Under the pieces are notes generated by a model, which ran no database searches, was not told the DNA's origin, and saw only the letters and a list, made by a program, of their open reading frames with translations. Positions 1 to 9,179 of a stretch of DNA of 64,000 nt are shown in pieces. Each line of letters begins with the position of its first letter. Position 1 is the stretch's first letter. This stretch comes from Phycisphaerae bacterium (GTDB lineage Bacteria; Planctomycetota; Phycisphaerae; SM23-33): the NCBI GenBank assembly GCA_039683615.1, contig JBDKRA010000001.1, forward strand, positions 25,958-89,957, written 5' to 3'. A program made the translations under genes and the position numbers.

Positions 1-365
1 TGGAACTCCTCGATGACCATCCAGGCCGGCGTGACCAGACCGGCGCGGAGGAAGGCCTGCTTGGAGGCCGCCTTGTCCATCGCCAAAAGACTGGCGTGGG
101 GGCCGGAGAAGGTGTATCGCAGCCCGCGCTGCTCGCAGAGGGTCTGGACCTGCCCGTCCTCGCCGAACTCGCCGTGGAGGACGATGAAGACCAGGTCGAT
201 GCCCTTGCGATCGAGGGCGGAAGTGTCGCGCGGGCCGATGTCGGCGCGGGTCACGCGATGGCCGAGGCGATCCAGGGCGTCCGCCACGGCGGCGCCGCTG
301 AGCAGCGAGACCTCGCGCTCCGGCGAAGGCCCGCCCAGCAGAACAGTAATATCCAACGCATCCAT
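1..365 (-). CDS. ddl: D-alanine--D-alanine ligase, N-terminal part; the gene continues past the window start
   Basis: Minus-strand translation from the ATG at 365 gives MDALDITVLLGGPSPEREVSLLSGA..., a typical Ddl N-terminus (GG-x-S-x-ERE-VSL-x-SG). It lies directly downstream of murB, as in dcw clusters. It is absent from the ORF track because it runs off the window edge. Confidence 0.7.
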   Translation of the reverse strand, partial: MDALDITVLLGGPSPEREVSLLSGAAVADALDRLGHRVTRADIGPRDTSALDRKGIDLVFIVLHGEFGEDGQVQTLCEQRGLRYTFSGPHASLLAMDKAASKQAFLRAGLVTPAWMVIEEF

Positions 366-476
366 GCGCTGTCCCTGCTATCTGACCGGGTGCCATGGCG
401 GCCGTTCCTTAGCCGCCATGTCCCTGATCTTTCCACACCGCATGGCGGCTGAACAACGGCCGCCATGGCACCCGTC

Positions 477-1352
477 TCACCAAACGTCGATTTCCAGCTC
501 CAGGTACACTTCGTGCTGCTTGTACACCGTCTCGCGAATGATGTTGATCAGCTTGAGGATGTCCGAGGCCGTCGTGCCCGCGTCGGCCAGAATGAAGTTG
601 GCGTGCTTGGGCGAAACGTACGCCCCGCCCACGCGCTTGTTCTTGAGGCCTGAGCGGTCGATCAACGCCCCGGCCGAGAGCCCGCGCGGATTCTTGAAGA
701 TGCATCCGGCGTTGCGCTTGGCCAGCGGCTGCGAGTTCTTCTTGTACATCCAGATCTGCTTGACCTGCTTGAGAATGCGGTGCGGGTCGTCCTCGACAAG
801 GCGGAACTCGGCCGCGAGGATAAACTTGGCCGAGATGTTCGTCGAGCGGTAGGCGAAGGCCAGGTCGCCGCGGTAACGCGTGAAGACCTCGCCCTCGGCC
901 GTCATCACGTCCACCGAGTCGATCACGTTGCCGATGTCGCCGAAGGTTCCGCCGGCGTTCATCTTCACGCTGCCGCCGATGCTTCCGGGAATGCCCGTCA
1001 GGCACTCCAGGCCCGACAGCCCCGTCCGCACGCAGCGCAGCACCAGCTTGCCCAGGTCGGCCCCCGCGCCGGCGCGCAGGCCGTTCTCGGTGGCGGTGAC
1101 CTCCTGGAAGGCCTTATGCAGGTGGATGACCGCGCCCTTGACGCCGGCATCATCGATGAGCACATTGGCCCCGCTGCCCAGGACGTACATGGGCACTTCA
1201 CTCTCGCGGCATCGGCGGACCACTTCCGCAAGCTCCTCGACGTTGCGAGGAAGGACGAAGTACATTGCCGGGCCGCCGATGTTCAGCCACGTGTGGCCGC
1301 CCAGCGGCTCGTCAACCCTGACGATCTCTTCCAAACCTGCGAACAATTTCAT
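477..1352 (-). CDS. murB: UDP-N-acetylenolpyruvoylglucosamine reductase
   Basis: The 291-aa ORF has an FAD-binding N-terminus (GGPAMYFVLP, GSGANVL) and a MurB C-terminus. It sits between murC and ddl. Confidence 0.9.
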   Translation of the reverse strand: MKLFAGLEEIVRVDEPLGGHTWLNIGGPAMYFVLPRNVEELAEVVRRCRESEVPMYVLGSGANVLIDDAGVKGAVIHLHKAFQEVTATENGLRAGAGADLGKLVLRCVRTGLSGLECLTGIPGSIGGSVKMNAGGTFGDIGNVIDSVDVMTAEGEVFTRYRGDLAFAYRSTNISAKFILAAEFRLVEDDPHRILKQVKQIWMYKKNSQPLAKRNAGCIFKNPRGLSAGALIDRSGLKNKRVGGAYVSPKHANFILADAGTTASDILKLINIIRETVYKQHEVYLELEIDVW

Positions 1353-2733
1353 CGGCCACTTCCCAGATGTTGCCGGCGCCCATGGTCACCACCAGGTCGC
1401 CGCTGTGCAACTGTTGAGCGAGTTGCTCGACAATCTGATCAAACGCCTGAATATATCGAGCCGACCCGCCGTGCAGGCGAATCTGCGAAACCAGATCCTG
1501 TGATGAAATGTAATCTTTTTCAAGGTCGCTGTCGCGAACAAAGTAGATGTCCGGGACGATCACCTCGTCGGCCGAACCGAACGAGCGGGCGAAGTCCTTG
1601 AGCAGGAACCGCGTGCGGCTGTGCTGGTGTGGCTGAAAGATGCACACCAAGCGCTGCGGGCGGTAGTGCTCGCGGATGGCCCGCAACGTCACGGCGATCT
1701 CGGTGGGGTGGTGGGCGTAGTCGTCCAGCACCGTCACGCCGCCGGCGTCGCCCTTGAACGTCATCCGCCGCCGCGCGCCGGTAAAGCCCGCCAGCAGCGC
1801 CGCCATGCTTTCGGCCGGGACGCCCGCGTGATGCAGCAGCGCCATCGCCGCCAGCGTGTTGTAGGCGTTGTGCAGGCCCGGCAGCGGCACGGTGATGCGG
1901 CAGTACGGTTGACCGCCATGCTGCACGTCCATCGAGACGATGCCCTGCTGCGAACTGGCGTTGACGCCCCGCCACGTGCATGAGTTGGTCAGGCCGAAGG
2001 TCTCGACGGCGCACCGTGCGCGTGAGACCGCCGAAGCGGCGTTGCGGTCCTCGCCGTTGACCACCAGCACCCCGCCCGGGGCCACCAGGTCGCCGAAGGC
2101 GCGGAAGGCCTCGATGATCGCCGATAAATCGCGATAGCAGTCGAGGTGGTCTTCCTCGACGTTGAGGATCGCCGCGTACCGCGGGCGAAGGTCCAGAAAG
2201 TTGCGGTCGAACTCGCACGCCTCGGCGACAAAATGCGGGCCGCTCCCGACGCCGCTGGGCCCGCCGAGCTGATCGACGGTCGCCCCGACGACGTAGCTGG
2301 GGTCCAGCCCGGCCGTCTTGAGTGCGTAGGCGACCATCGCCGTGGTGGTGCTCTTGCCGTGCGTGCCGGCGATGGCGATCCCCTGCCGCTGGGCCATCAG
2401 GCGGCCGAGCATGGCGCTGTAGCGCACGACTTCCAGCCCGCGCTGGCGCGCGGCCACAAGCTCGGGATTCTCGTTGTGAATCGCCGCCGAGTACGCCACG
2501 AGTTGGCAGTCGGCCGCAATGTTCGCGCCGCGCTGGCCGATGTGTACCGTCGCGCCCTGCCCGGCCAGGCGATCGAGCAGATCCGAGTGGCCCGAGTCTG
2601 ACCCGCTCACCCGCGCCCCCTGCGCCAGCAGCACCCCCGCCAAAGCGCCCATCCCGCAGCCGCCCATGCCGATGAGATGAATGCTCTTGCCGGTGAAACT
2701 CTCAGCCGCAGGTTGGTTATTCGTTTGCGTCAT
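1312..2733 (-). CDS. murC: UDP-N-acetylmuramate--L-alanine ligase
   Basis: 473 aa with a Mur ligase P-loop (GTHGKSTTT) and MurC-type N-terminus HLIGMGGCGMGALA. It overlaps murB by 41 nt. Confidence 0.9.
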   Translation of the reverse strand: MTQTNNQPAAESFTGKSIHLIGMGGCGMGALAGVLLAQGARVSGSDSGHSDLLDRLAGQGATVHIGQRGANIAADCQLVAYSAAIHNENPELVAARQRGLEVVRYSAMLGRLMAQRQGIAIAGTHGKSTTTAMVAYALKTAGLDPSYVVGATVDQLGGPSGVGSGPHFVAEACEFDRNFLDLRPRYAAILNVEEDHLDCYRDLSAIIEAFRAFGDLVAPGGVLVVNGEDRNAASAVSRARCAVETFGLTNSCTWRGVNASSQQGIVSMDVQHGGQPYCRITVPLPGLHNAYNTLAAMALLHHAGVPAESMAALLAGFTGARRRMTFKGDAGGVTVLDDYAHHPTEIAVTLRAIREHYRPQRLVCIFQPHQHSRTRFLLKDFARSFGSADEVIVPDIYFVRDSDLEKDYISSQDLVSQIRLHGGSARYIQAFDQIVEQLAQQLHSGDLVVTMGAGNIWEVADEIVRRFGRDRQG

Positions 2734-2850
2734 GAAAACAACATCCGTCCGCAGCCAAACGCGGCCTGTGCGGACACATCGAATCCAGTAATAGCTCCGA
2801 CAATTCCTACTGTTCTTATCGCCCGGTGCAGCGATTTTTCTTTAACGCCG

Positions 2851-2898
2851 CCGTGCGGCACGGGCGTCCCCAAGGGACAGGTCTCGCCCATGCTCCCC
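2851..2898. repeat. REP-like palindromic element, a degenerate copy with an insertion, in the murG-murC spacer
   Basis: Reverse complement is GGGGAGCATGGGCGAGAC...ACGCCCGTGCCGCACGG, related to the GCATGGGCG-RGA-CGCCCATGC hairpin family also seen at 15547, 22783, 30974 and 63960. Confidence 0.6.
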
Positions 2899-2965
2899 GA
2901 CCCTTCAGCATCAGGGACACGCACAACGGAGTTGTGCGTGGCACCCGTCTCGCCCGCGACACGTT

Positions 2966-4069
2966 CTAAGACCGCACCAACCACTGCGCCACCGTTGCGG
3001 CCGCGCAGGGTTTGGCCACTTGCCCGGCGGCGAGGCGCATCGCGTCCAGTTTTGCCGCGTCGGCCATCAGCGGCAGCAGACAGCGGCGCAGGTTTGCGGC
3101 GTTGGCCGCAGCGTCTTTCTCGTCGGGGCAGATCATCGCCCCGCCGCAGCGAACCATCGCCGCGGCGTTGGCGGCCTGGTGGGCGTCGCGATGATACGGG
3201 TACGGCATGAACACGCCCGGCACCGACGCCGCCGCCAGCTCGGCCACTGTCGAAGCGCCCGCGCGGCACAGCGCCAAGTCGGCGGCCGCATACGCCAGGT
3301 CCACGCGCTGGCAGTACGCCACGCGCCGCACCGGCGGCCCCTGCCGCTTGCCGCCTGGCAATTCCTCCCCGGCGGCTGAACCTGTCACATGCAGCACCTG
3401 CCATTGATCGCCCAGCGCCGCGATGTCGCCCAGAACCGCCTCCACAGCCGCGTTGATATTGCTGGCGCCCAGGCTGCCGCCCAGCACGAGCAGCGTCTTG
3501 CGGGCCGGGTCGAGATCGAAATGCGCCATCGCCTCTTGCCGCGAGCCGCCGCTAACGCAGCGGATCGGGCAACCGACGGCCTGCACCTTGGCCCGCAGTG
3601 CGGCCGGGAAAGCGCTCGTCGTCTCGTCGAACTGTGTGAAGATGACCTCCGCGCGCCGCGCCAACGCGCGATTGGCACGGCCGGGGACGCCGTCAGGGTT
3701 GAGCATCGCGCAGCGTACGCCCTTCTTGGCCGCGGCCACCACCAGCGGCGCCGCCGCAAAGCCGCCCAGCCCGAGCACGGCCGCGGGCTTGAGGTCGCTC
3801 AAAAGCCGCCGAGCCAGGCGGCCGCTCTGCCACCACGCCCGCACAAACGGCAGCACCTGCAGGGGGCAGTTGGGCAGAGGCAACACCGGCTGGGGCACGA
3901 TGGCGTGAGGCAGCGGGTCGAGGATGCTGCGGTCGATCGCCCGCCCGGAGCAGGCAAAGACGATTTTCGCGCTGGGTTGGAGGCGCAGCAGTTCTTCGGC
4001 CACGGCCAGCCCGGGATAAATATGCCCGCCGGTCCCGCCGCCGGCGAAGATGTAAATCGCACCGCTCAT
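2966..4069 (-). CDS. murG: Undecaprenyl-PP-MurNAc-pentapeptide UDP-GlcNAc transferase
   Basis: MSGAIYIFAGGGTGGHIYPGLAVAEEL is a canonical MurG N-terminus. The ORF track extends to 4111, but the internal Met at 4069 matches MurG starts. Confidence 0.9.
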   Translation of the reverse strand: MSGAIYIFAGGGTGGHIYPGLAVAEELLRLQPSAKIVFACSGRAIDRSILDPLPHAIVPQPVLPLPNCPLQVLPFVRAWWQSGRLARRLLSDLKPAAVLGLGGFAAAPLVVAAAKKGVRCAMLNPDGVPGRANRALARRAEVIFTQFDETTSAFPAALRAKVQAVGCPIRCVSGGSRQEAMAHFDLDPARKTLLVLGGSLGASNINAAVEAVLGDIAALGDQWQVLHVTGSAAGEELPGGKRQGPPVRRVAYCQRVDLAYAAADLALCRAGASTVAELAAASVPGVFMPYPYHRDAHQAANAAAMVRCGGAMICPDEKDAAANAANLRRCLLPLMADAAKLDAMRLAAGQVAKPCAAATVAQWLVRS

Positions 4070-4203
4070 CGGGGCTGATTGTACCAGAAGCACGGGGAAA
4101 AGACTTGCCACAGAGACTCAGAGGAAGGCGAGGGAAGATGAAGAATGCTATTCGTGCGTTAACCGCGGTCCGGTGCGTCTAGATCTGGCAGATTGTTAGG
4201 GTT

Positions 4204-5091
4204 GTGCCGAACACGTACAATACGAGGGAAGCACTAACGTTCATAAGGTCATTTTTTATGAAAGAGCTACTCGAAACACTGTCGCGACATTTCGATTTTC
4301 TTTTTAGTAAGTACCAATTCCAATTCGTCGAATCTAATACCGATAACATGGGGACAAGTTATGTTGTGCTGGCTGGAAGGGGGCTGCGCATCTGGTTTGA
4401 CAAGCACCGCGGGGAACTAACCGTCGCCGTGTGGCCCGTCAATCATTCGGACAAAGAGCGTTTTGAACTAATCACGCTTAGAGAGTATCTGGCAGCGGTG
4501 CCGGCTCGAATGCCTACGGATGAGACGGTCGGTGACCTGGCAAAATGGTTGGATGATAATCTCGATGCCGTTTGTGACGCGCTGTGCACCGAGCATTACG
4601 CTCGAACATGCTCCGAAATCAAGATCATACTGGATTGCCGTTGGCAGATGCTCCGGAACGGCATTTTCGTGCCTTGCGTGATTGTCGCGGTCACGCCGAT
4701 CGTGCTTGGACGGCAAGGAAGACTCGCCGCCGTTCTGGACACCACCTTAAAGGAATGGAAGGGCCTGGTTCGAAAGAAAGATCGACCCAGCTTGTGGGCT
4801 CGTTGGAAGAATCGCCACGGCGTCTGTGGGCGGATTCTTGCGCATAAGGTGACCATCATCAAGACACCGGCGGGATTGAAATGCGAAACATGGTGCCTGC
4901 CAGGGACAATGCGTGGGAAAGCGGGCGTGTCGCTTGTTTTCTTTCAGGACATGAATCGCGATTGGCTTCGGCCGGGTTCCCGTGTGCAACTCCTCGCGAC
5001 GCAGCACGTAGCGCTGGAAAAATTAATCTCCCTTCCGGATCTCCGTGACCAGGACGTGCGTTTGAAAGATAGACAAGAACTGGATCGCTAA
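4204..5091 (+). CDS. Hypothetical protein on the opposite strand in the ftsW-murG spacer, with lower GC (about 52%); likely horizontally acquired
   Basis: A 295-aa ORF fills the whole 990-bp gap. Its composition is AT-shifted relative to the flanking 68-70% GC dcw genes. No recognisable domain was found. The Arg/Trp/Cys-rich C-terminal half makes the true stop uncertain. Confidence 0.45.
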   Translation: MPNTYNTREALTFIRSFFMKELLETLSRHFDFLFSKYQFQFVESNTDNMGTSYVVLAGRGLRIWFDKHRGELTVAVWPVNHSDKERFELITLREYLAAVPARMPTDETVGDLAKWLDDNLDAVCDALCTEHYARTCSEIKIILDCRWQMLRNGIFVPCVIVAVTPIVLGRQGRLAAVLDTTLKEWKGLVRKKDRPSLWARWKNRHGVCGRILAHKVTIIKTPAGLKCETWCLPGTMRGKAGVSLVFFQDMNRDWLRPGSRVQLLATQHVALEKLISLPDLRDQDVRLKDRQELDR

Positions 5092-5101
5092 ATCCGGAAG
5101 A

Positions 5102-6625
5102 TCAGTTTGTCCTGTCGTTCTCATCCCTCGTTTTGCTCTGTGCCTCTGTGGTAGGTTTTTCTTCGAGATCGGCAAAGAGCGGCTCGGGGTTCTGGGTGGC
5201 CAGGAAGGCGTCGAGGTCGTCTACGGTCACGGGGGCGGCTGAGGCGTCAAGGTCTACCGGCGGGGCGGGTGGCTCGACGGCCGTCGTGGCTGTCGTCCCT
5301 TCGGGACTTCCCGCCACGGCACCCTCGGCACCGGGACTTTCGGCTGCGGCATTGGGCGATTGAGGATCTGCCGCTACGGTGGCCTCTGGCTCGGGACTTT
5401 CTGCGATGGCGGCCTGGGCTTGCGGACTTTCTGCCGCAGATTCCTCCGCCGCTTCCATCATTCCGTCTTCCGTGGCCATTTCTCTCCGGGCCGAGACGGA
5501 GATGATCAGCGCCGCGGCCACAGCCAGGATGAGCATCTGCGTGCCGCCGTAGGAGACGAAGGGCAGGCAGATGCCCGTCGGCGGCAAGACGTTCAGGTTC
5601 ACCGCAATGTGCATCAGGGCCTGGAGCAGGATGGTGAAGCCCAGCGCGGCCGCCAGCACGCTGCCGAAGCGGTTGTTGGCCTTGACGGCTGTACAGCGGA
5701 CATACCAGGCCCAGGCCGCCAGAAGGGCAAAGAGCAGCAGCGAGCCCATGAGGCCCCACTCTTCGCAGAAGACGGCGAAGATATAGTCCGTGGTTCGCTC
5801 GGGCAGATATCCCAGCTTCATCACGCTGTTGCCGGGGCCTTTGCCGAACCAGCCGCCGGAGGTAATGGCCAGCAGCGACTCGCGCACCTGGTGCGACGAA
5901 GCGTTCTCCTGCGACCAGGGGTCCATCCAGGCCCCAATGCGGGCCATCTTCACCGCCATGTGCGTGATGTAATACCAGAAACCCACGGCCGCAGGGGGAA
6001 GCAGCGCGGCAGCGTAATACCACGGCACGCCCGCCAGCAGCATCGTGGTCAGGCCCGCAGCGCCGATGATGATGGCCGTGCCCATGTCCTGCGTGATGAC
6101 CAGCGCCATCGCCACGGCGATCACGCCCAAGGCCCCCAGCACCCATGGCGCCCGGCGGCAACGCTGTGGCTGCATCGTGAACAACGCCGCCAGCAGGATC
6201 ACCAGGGCGTACTTGATCAACTCGGAAGGCTGGAACTGGATGTTGTACTGCGGCGGACCGAATCGCACCCAGCGATAGTACGTGCCCATCTGCTTGCCCA
6301 GGCCCGGAACGAACACCAGCAGGCCCGTGATCATCGCCCCGCAGAAGACGACGACGGCCCAGACGGGCAGGCCGCCGCGCGGGCGGGCCAGGCGGCGGTA
6401 ATCGAAGTGGCAGGCCGCCAGCAGCACCAGGATGGCCGCGACGGCGAAGATCGTGTGCCGCACGTCGACGCGATGATACCAGGCGCCCGGCTCGTTCACC
6501 GACGCCAGGGCGCTCTGCACGAGCACCACGCCCAACGCCAGCAGCGCCAGCGTGATCAGCGCCAACCCGCGCCCCAGCGCGTTTTCCCCCAGGCTCAGCG
6601 GCTTGTCATTGGGCGTCCGTGCCAT
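5102..6625 (-). CDS. ftsW: SEDS-family peptidoglycan glycosyltransferase FtsW, with a roughly 130-aa acidic Ala/Pro/Glu-rich C-terminal tail
   Basis: FtsW/RodA hallmarks are present (multi-TM core, ...SGGWFGKG..., ...PFVSYGG...). The start was chosen at MARTPNDKPLSL (ATG at 6625), 12 nt after the mraY stop. The track ORF extends to 7141, but that part overlaps mraY. Confidence 0.85.
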   Translation of the reverse strand: MARTPNDKPLSLGENALGRGLALITLALLALGVVLVQSALASVNEPGAWYHRVDVRHTIFAVAAILVLLAACHFDYRRLARPRGGLPVWAVVVFCGAMITGLLVFVPGLGKQMGTYYRWVRFGPPQYNIQFQPSELIKYALVILLAALFTMQPQRCRRAPWVLGALGVIAVAMALVITQDMGTAIIIGAAGLTTMLLAGVPWYYAAALLPPAAVGFWYYITHMAVKMARIGAWMDPWSQENASSHQVRESLLAITSGGWFGKGPGNSVMKLGYLPERTTDYIFAVFCEEWGLMGSLLLFALLAAWAWYVRCTAVKANNRFGSVLAAALGFTILLQALMHIAVNLNVLPPTGICLPFVSYGGTQMLILAVAAALIISVSARREMATEDGMMEAAEESAAESPQAQAAIAESPEPEATVAADPQSPNAAAESPGAEGAVAGSPEGTTATTAVEPPAPPVDLDASAAPVTVDDLDAFLATQNPEPLFADLEEKPTTEAQSKTRDENDRTN

Positions 6626-6636
6626 CGGTAGCCTCG

Positions 6637-7749
6637 TCAGTCGATCTTGAGCTTCAGCGTCGCCAGCGCCAGGGCGGCGAAGATGATCCCCAGCATCCAG
6701 AAGCGGACGACGACTTTGCTTTCGGCCCAGCCGCCCAGGTGGAAATGATGGTGCAGCGGCGCGCAGCGGAAGACGCGGCGTCCCTCGCGTCCGCCGGGGC
6801 CTTTGGTCATCTTGAAGACGGAGATCTGGATCATCACGCTCAGGGCCTCCATCACGAACACGCCGCCGGCGATCAGCAGCAGCAGTTCCTGGCGGGTGAC
6901 GACGGCGATATAGCCCAGCAGCCCGCCCAGCGGCAGCGAACCGGTGTCGCCCATGAACACGTGGGCCGGCGGCGAGTTCCACCACAAGAATCCCAGGCAC
7001 GCCCCCAGCATCGACGAGCATAGAACCGCCATCTCCACAACCGACTTGTCGATCAGCGGCAGGTGGAACAGTTCGGTGAAGCTGATGGAGCTGACCAGAA
7101 ACGAGATCAGCAGGAACACCAGCGCCACGATGCCCAGGCACCCGGCGGCCAGGCCGTCCATGCCGTCGGTCAGATTCACCGCGTTGGACGTTCCCACCAT
7201 CGTCAGCGTCGTGACGATGATGTGGACCATCAGGCCGATCTTGATCGGGTCGACCAGGAAGGGGAAATACAAGAACTGGGCGGGCTGAACCGCGCGGTAG
7301 TAATTTCGCATGAAGATCGAGACCAGCAGCGCCAAACCGATCTGGAAGACCAGCTTCTCCCAGCTTCGCAGCCCGTCGCGCGTGGGCGCGCCGGGAGCGT
7401 GGCGCAGCTTCAGCCAGTCGTCGATCCCGCCCAGGACGCCCAGCCAGATCAGCACCAGCAGCCCCATCCGGACGAACATGTTGCCAAAGACATTCGCGAA
7501 CACCACGATCGAGACCAGCATCGCCGCCACGATCAGCGCCCCGCCCATCGTGGGGGTATTGGACTTGTGACGCGTCAACTCGTTGAGATTGGCGTGGTCG
7601 AACTCCGGACGGTCGCCCACCTTGTAGCGCACCAACAGGCGGATGAACCGAGGCGCCAGCAGCGCCACCAGCACGAAACTCATGATGCCCGCCCCAGCCA
7701 GACGCAGCACGAGGCCTTCGTATCCCGCCGGCAAAAGCAGGTAGATCAT
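6637..7749 (-). CDS. mraY: Phospho-N-acetylmuramoyl-pentapeptide transferase
   Basis: The C-terminal 370 aa of track ORF 6637..8763 has MraY motifs (NAVNLTDGMDGLAAG, HHFHL). The start at MIYLLLP (ATG at 7749) forms an ATGA overlap with the murF stop. Confidence 0.9.
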   Translation of the reverse strand: MIYLLLPAGYEGLVLRLAGAGIMSFVLVALLAPRFIRLLVRYKVGDRPEFDHANLNELTRHKSNTPTMGGALIVAAMLVSIVVFANVFGNMFVRMGLLVLIWLGVLGGIDDWLKLRHAPGAPTRDGLRSWEKLVFQIGLALLVSIFMRNYYRAVQPAQFLYFPFLVDPIKIGLMVHIIVTTLTMVGTSNAVNLTDGMDGLAAGCLGIVALVFLLISFLVSSISFTELFHLPLIDKSVVEMAVLCSSMLGACLGFLWWNSPPAHVFMGDTGSLPLGGLLGYIAVVTRQELLLLIAGGVFVMEALSVMIQISVFKMTKGPGGREGRRVFRCAPLHHHFHLGGWAESKVVVRFWMLGIIFAALALATLKLKID

Positions 7750-9179
7750 TTGGCGCCGCCTTTGGGATGCGCCTTGCGGACGCGCGGGGCGGCCGGGGCT
7801 GCCGACAGCGCCGCGGTAATGGGCTCGATCAACCGTTCCATCTGCGATCCGCGCGAGCCTTTGATCAGGATCGTGTCGCCGCGATGAAGCAGCCCGTCGA
7901 GGTGGTCGGCCAGATGCTCGGGGCTCTTGAAGGCCTCGGCGGCCAGCCCCGCCTCGGCGGCGGCGGCGGCCATGCGGGCGCCCAGGTTTCCGGCGCCAAT
8001 GAGCAGGTCGATCTTCATGGTCGCCAGCTTGCGTCCGACGTCTTCGTGCAGCGCCTGGGACTTGCCCCCCAGTTCGAGCATGTCGCCGACGATCATGACG
8101 CGGCGGCGTCCGGCGCTGTCGGCCAGCACGTCGGCGGCGGCGAGCATGCTGGCGGGGTTGGCGTTGTAGGCGTCGTTGATGAGCGTCGAGTGCCCACCCA
8201 GGTCGATGAACTGCAAGCGCATTTCCATGCCGGCGTAGTCGGCCAGGGCCTTGGCGGCTTCGCCCTGGCCAAAGCCGAACCGCTGGGCGACGGCGATGGC
8301 GGCCATGGCGTTGCAGGCGTTGTGCCGCCCGCAGACGCTCAGGGTCACCTTGAGGCGGTTGTTGATGACGAACTCCTGCCCCGTGTCCACCGGCGTGTAG
8401 CTCGTCAGCCGCAGCGACGCCCCGGCCGAGGCGCCAAAGCGAATCACATTGCACTTGTAGTTGGACAAGGCGCGGTCGAGTTCCTTGCTGTCGGCGTTGA
8501 CGATGGCCAGCCCGCGTGCGGCCAGGTGCGTCAGGAGAGCGGCCTTCTCGACCGCCACGTGCGTCAGGCTGCCCAGGCCTTCGAGGTGGCTTGGGCTGAC
8601 GGAGGTGATGACGGCGACGTTGGGCTGGCCAATCTGCGAGAGGCGGGCGATCTCGCCGTGGCTGCTGGTGCCCATCTCGCAGACGACGAAGTCGTCCTTG
8701 GGCTCGACGGCCAGCAGCGTCAGCGGGACGCCGATGTGGTTGTTGTGGTTCTTGAGCCCGCACGAGCCGGTCAGGCGCTTGGAGAGAATGTGGTGGATCA
8801 TCCGCCGCACGGTGCTCTTGCCGTTGGAGCCGGTGACGGCCACCACCGCCGCGGGAAGCTGCCGGCGGTAGAACGCCGCCAGGTCGCCCAGCGCGGTCGT
8901 GGTGTCATTGACGGCCAGGGCGCCGACGCGGAATCGCTGCAGCACGCTGAGCGGGGCGTCAAAGTCCTTGCCGATGATGGCGAGGGTGCAGCCGGCCGCA
9001 GCGGCGGCGGCCAGGTGGTTGTGCCCGTCGTGGTTCTTTCCGACGATGGCGACGAACAACTGGCCCGCCCCGGCCGTGCGGGAGTCGATGCTGACGCCGA
9101 GGATCTTCTCGGACCCGCCGCGGGCCAGCCACCGCCCGCGCACGGCGCGCTGAATTTCCTCGCTCAGCAGAGGTTTCAT
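7746..9179 (-). CDS. murF: UDP-MurNAc-tripeptide--D-Ala-D-Ala ligase
   Basis: 477 aa with a Mur ligase P-loop (GSNGKST) and MurF architecture. It has a 4-nt overlap with murE. Confidence 0.9.
   Translation of the reverse strand: MKPLLSEEIQRAVRGRWLARGGSEKILGVSIDSRTAGAGQLFVAIVGKNHDGHNHLAAAAAAGCTLAIIGKDFDAPLSVLQRFRVGALAVNDTTTALGDLAAFYRRQLPAAVVAVTGSNGKSTVRRMIHHILSKRLTGSCGLKNHNNHIGVPLTLLAVEPKDDFVVCEMGTSSHGEIARLSQIGQPNVAVITSVSPSHLEGLGSLTHVAVEKAALLTHLAARGLAIVNADSKELDRALSNYKCNVIRFGASAGASLRLTSYTPVDTGQEFVINNRLKVTLSVCGRHNACNAMAAIAVAQRFGFGQGEAAKALADYAGMEMRLQFIDLGGHSTLINDAYNANPASMLAAADVLADSAGRRRVMIVGDMLELGGKSQALHEDVGRKLATMKIDLLIGAGNLGARMAAAAAEAGLAAEAFKSPEHLADHLDGLLHRGDTILIKGSRGSQMERLIEPITAALSAAPAAPRVRKAHPKGGAK

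Noticed and set aside
13-852. 279-aa plus-strand ORF at the window start
   Set aside because: It is antisense to the ddl and murB reading frames and has a low-complexity Arg/Ser/Pro-rich translation typical of spurious ORFs on the opposite strand of GC-rich genes.
6626-6636. Search for murD between mraY and ftsW, and anywhere in the cluster
   Set aside because: No frame on either strand between 5102 and 7749 encodes a Mur-ligase P-loop other than those assigned. Absence within the window is real, but the gene may be located elsewhere in the genome.
6626-8763. N-terminal 338 aa of track ORF 6637..8763 (the mraY frame extended upstream) and the 5-prime extension of the ftsW ORF to 7141
   Set aside because: These are read-through of open frames across neighbouring genes. 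Internal Met residues with correct spacing and ATGA overlaps (7749 for mraY, 6625 for ftsW) give proteins of canonical length.
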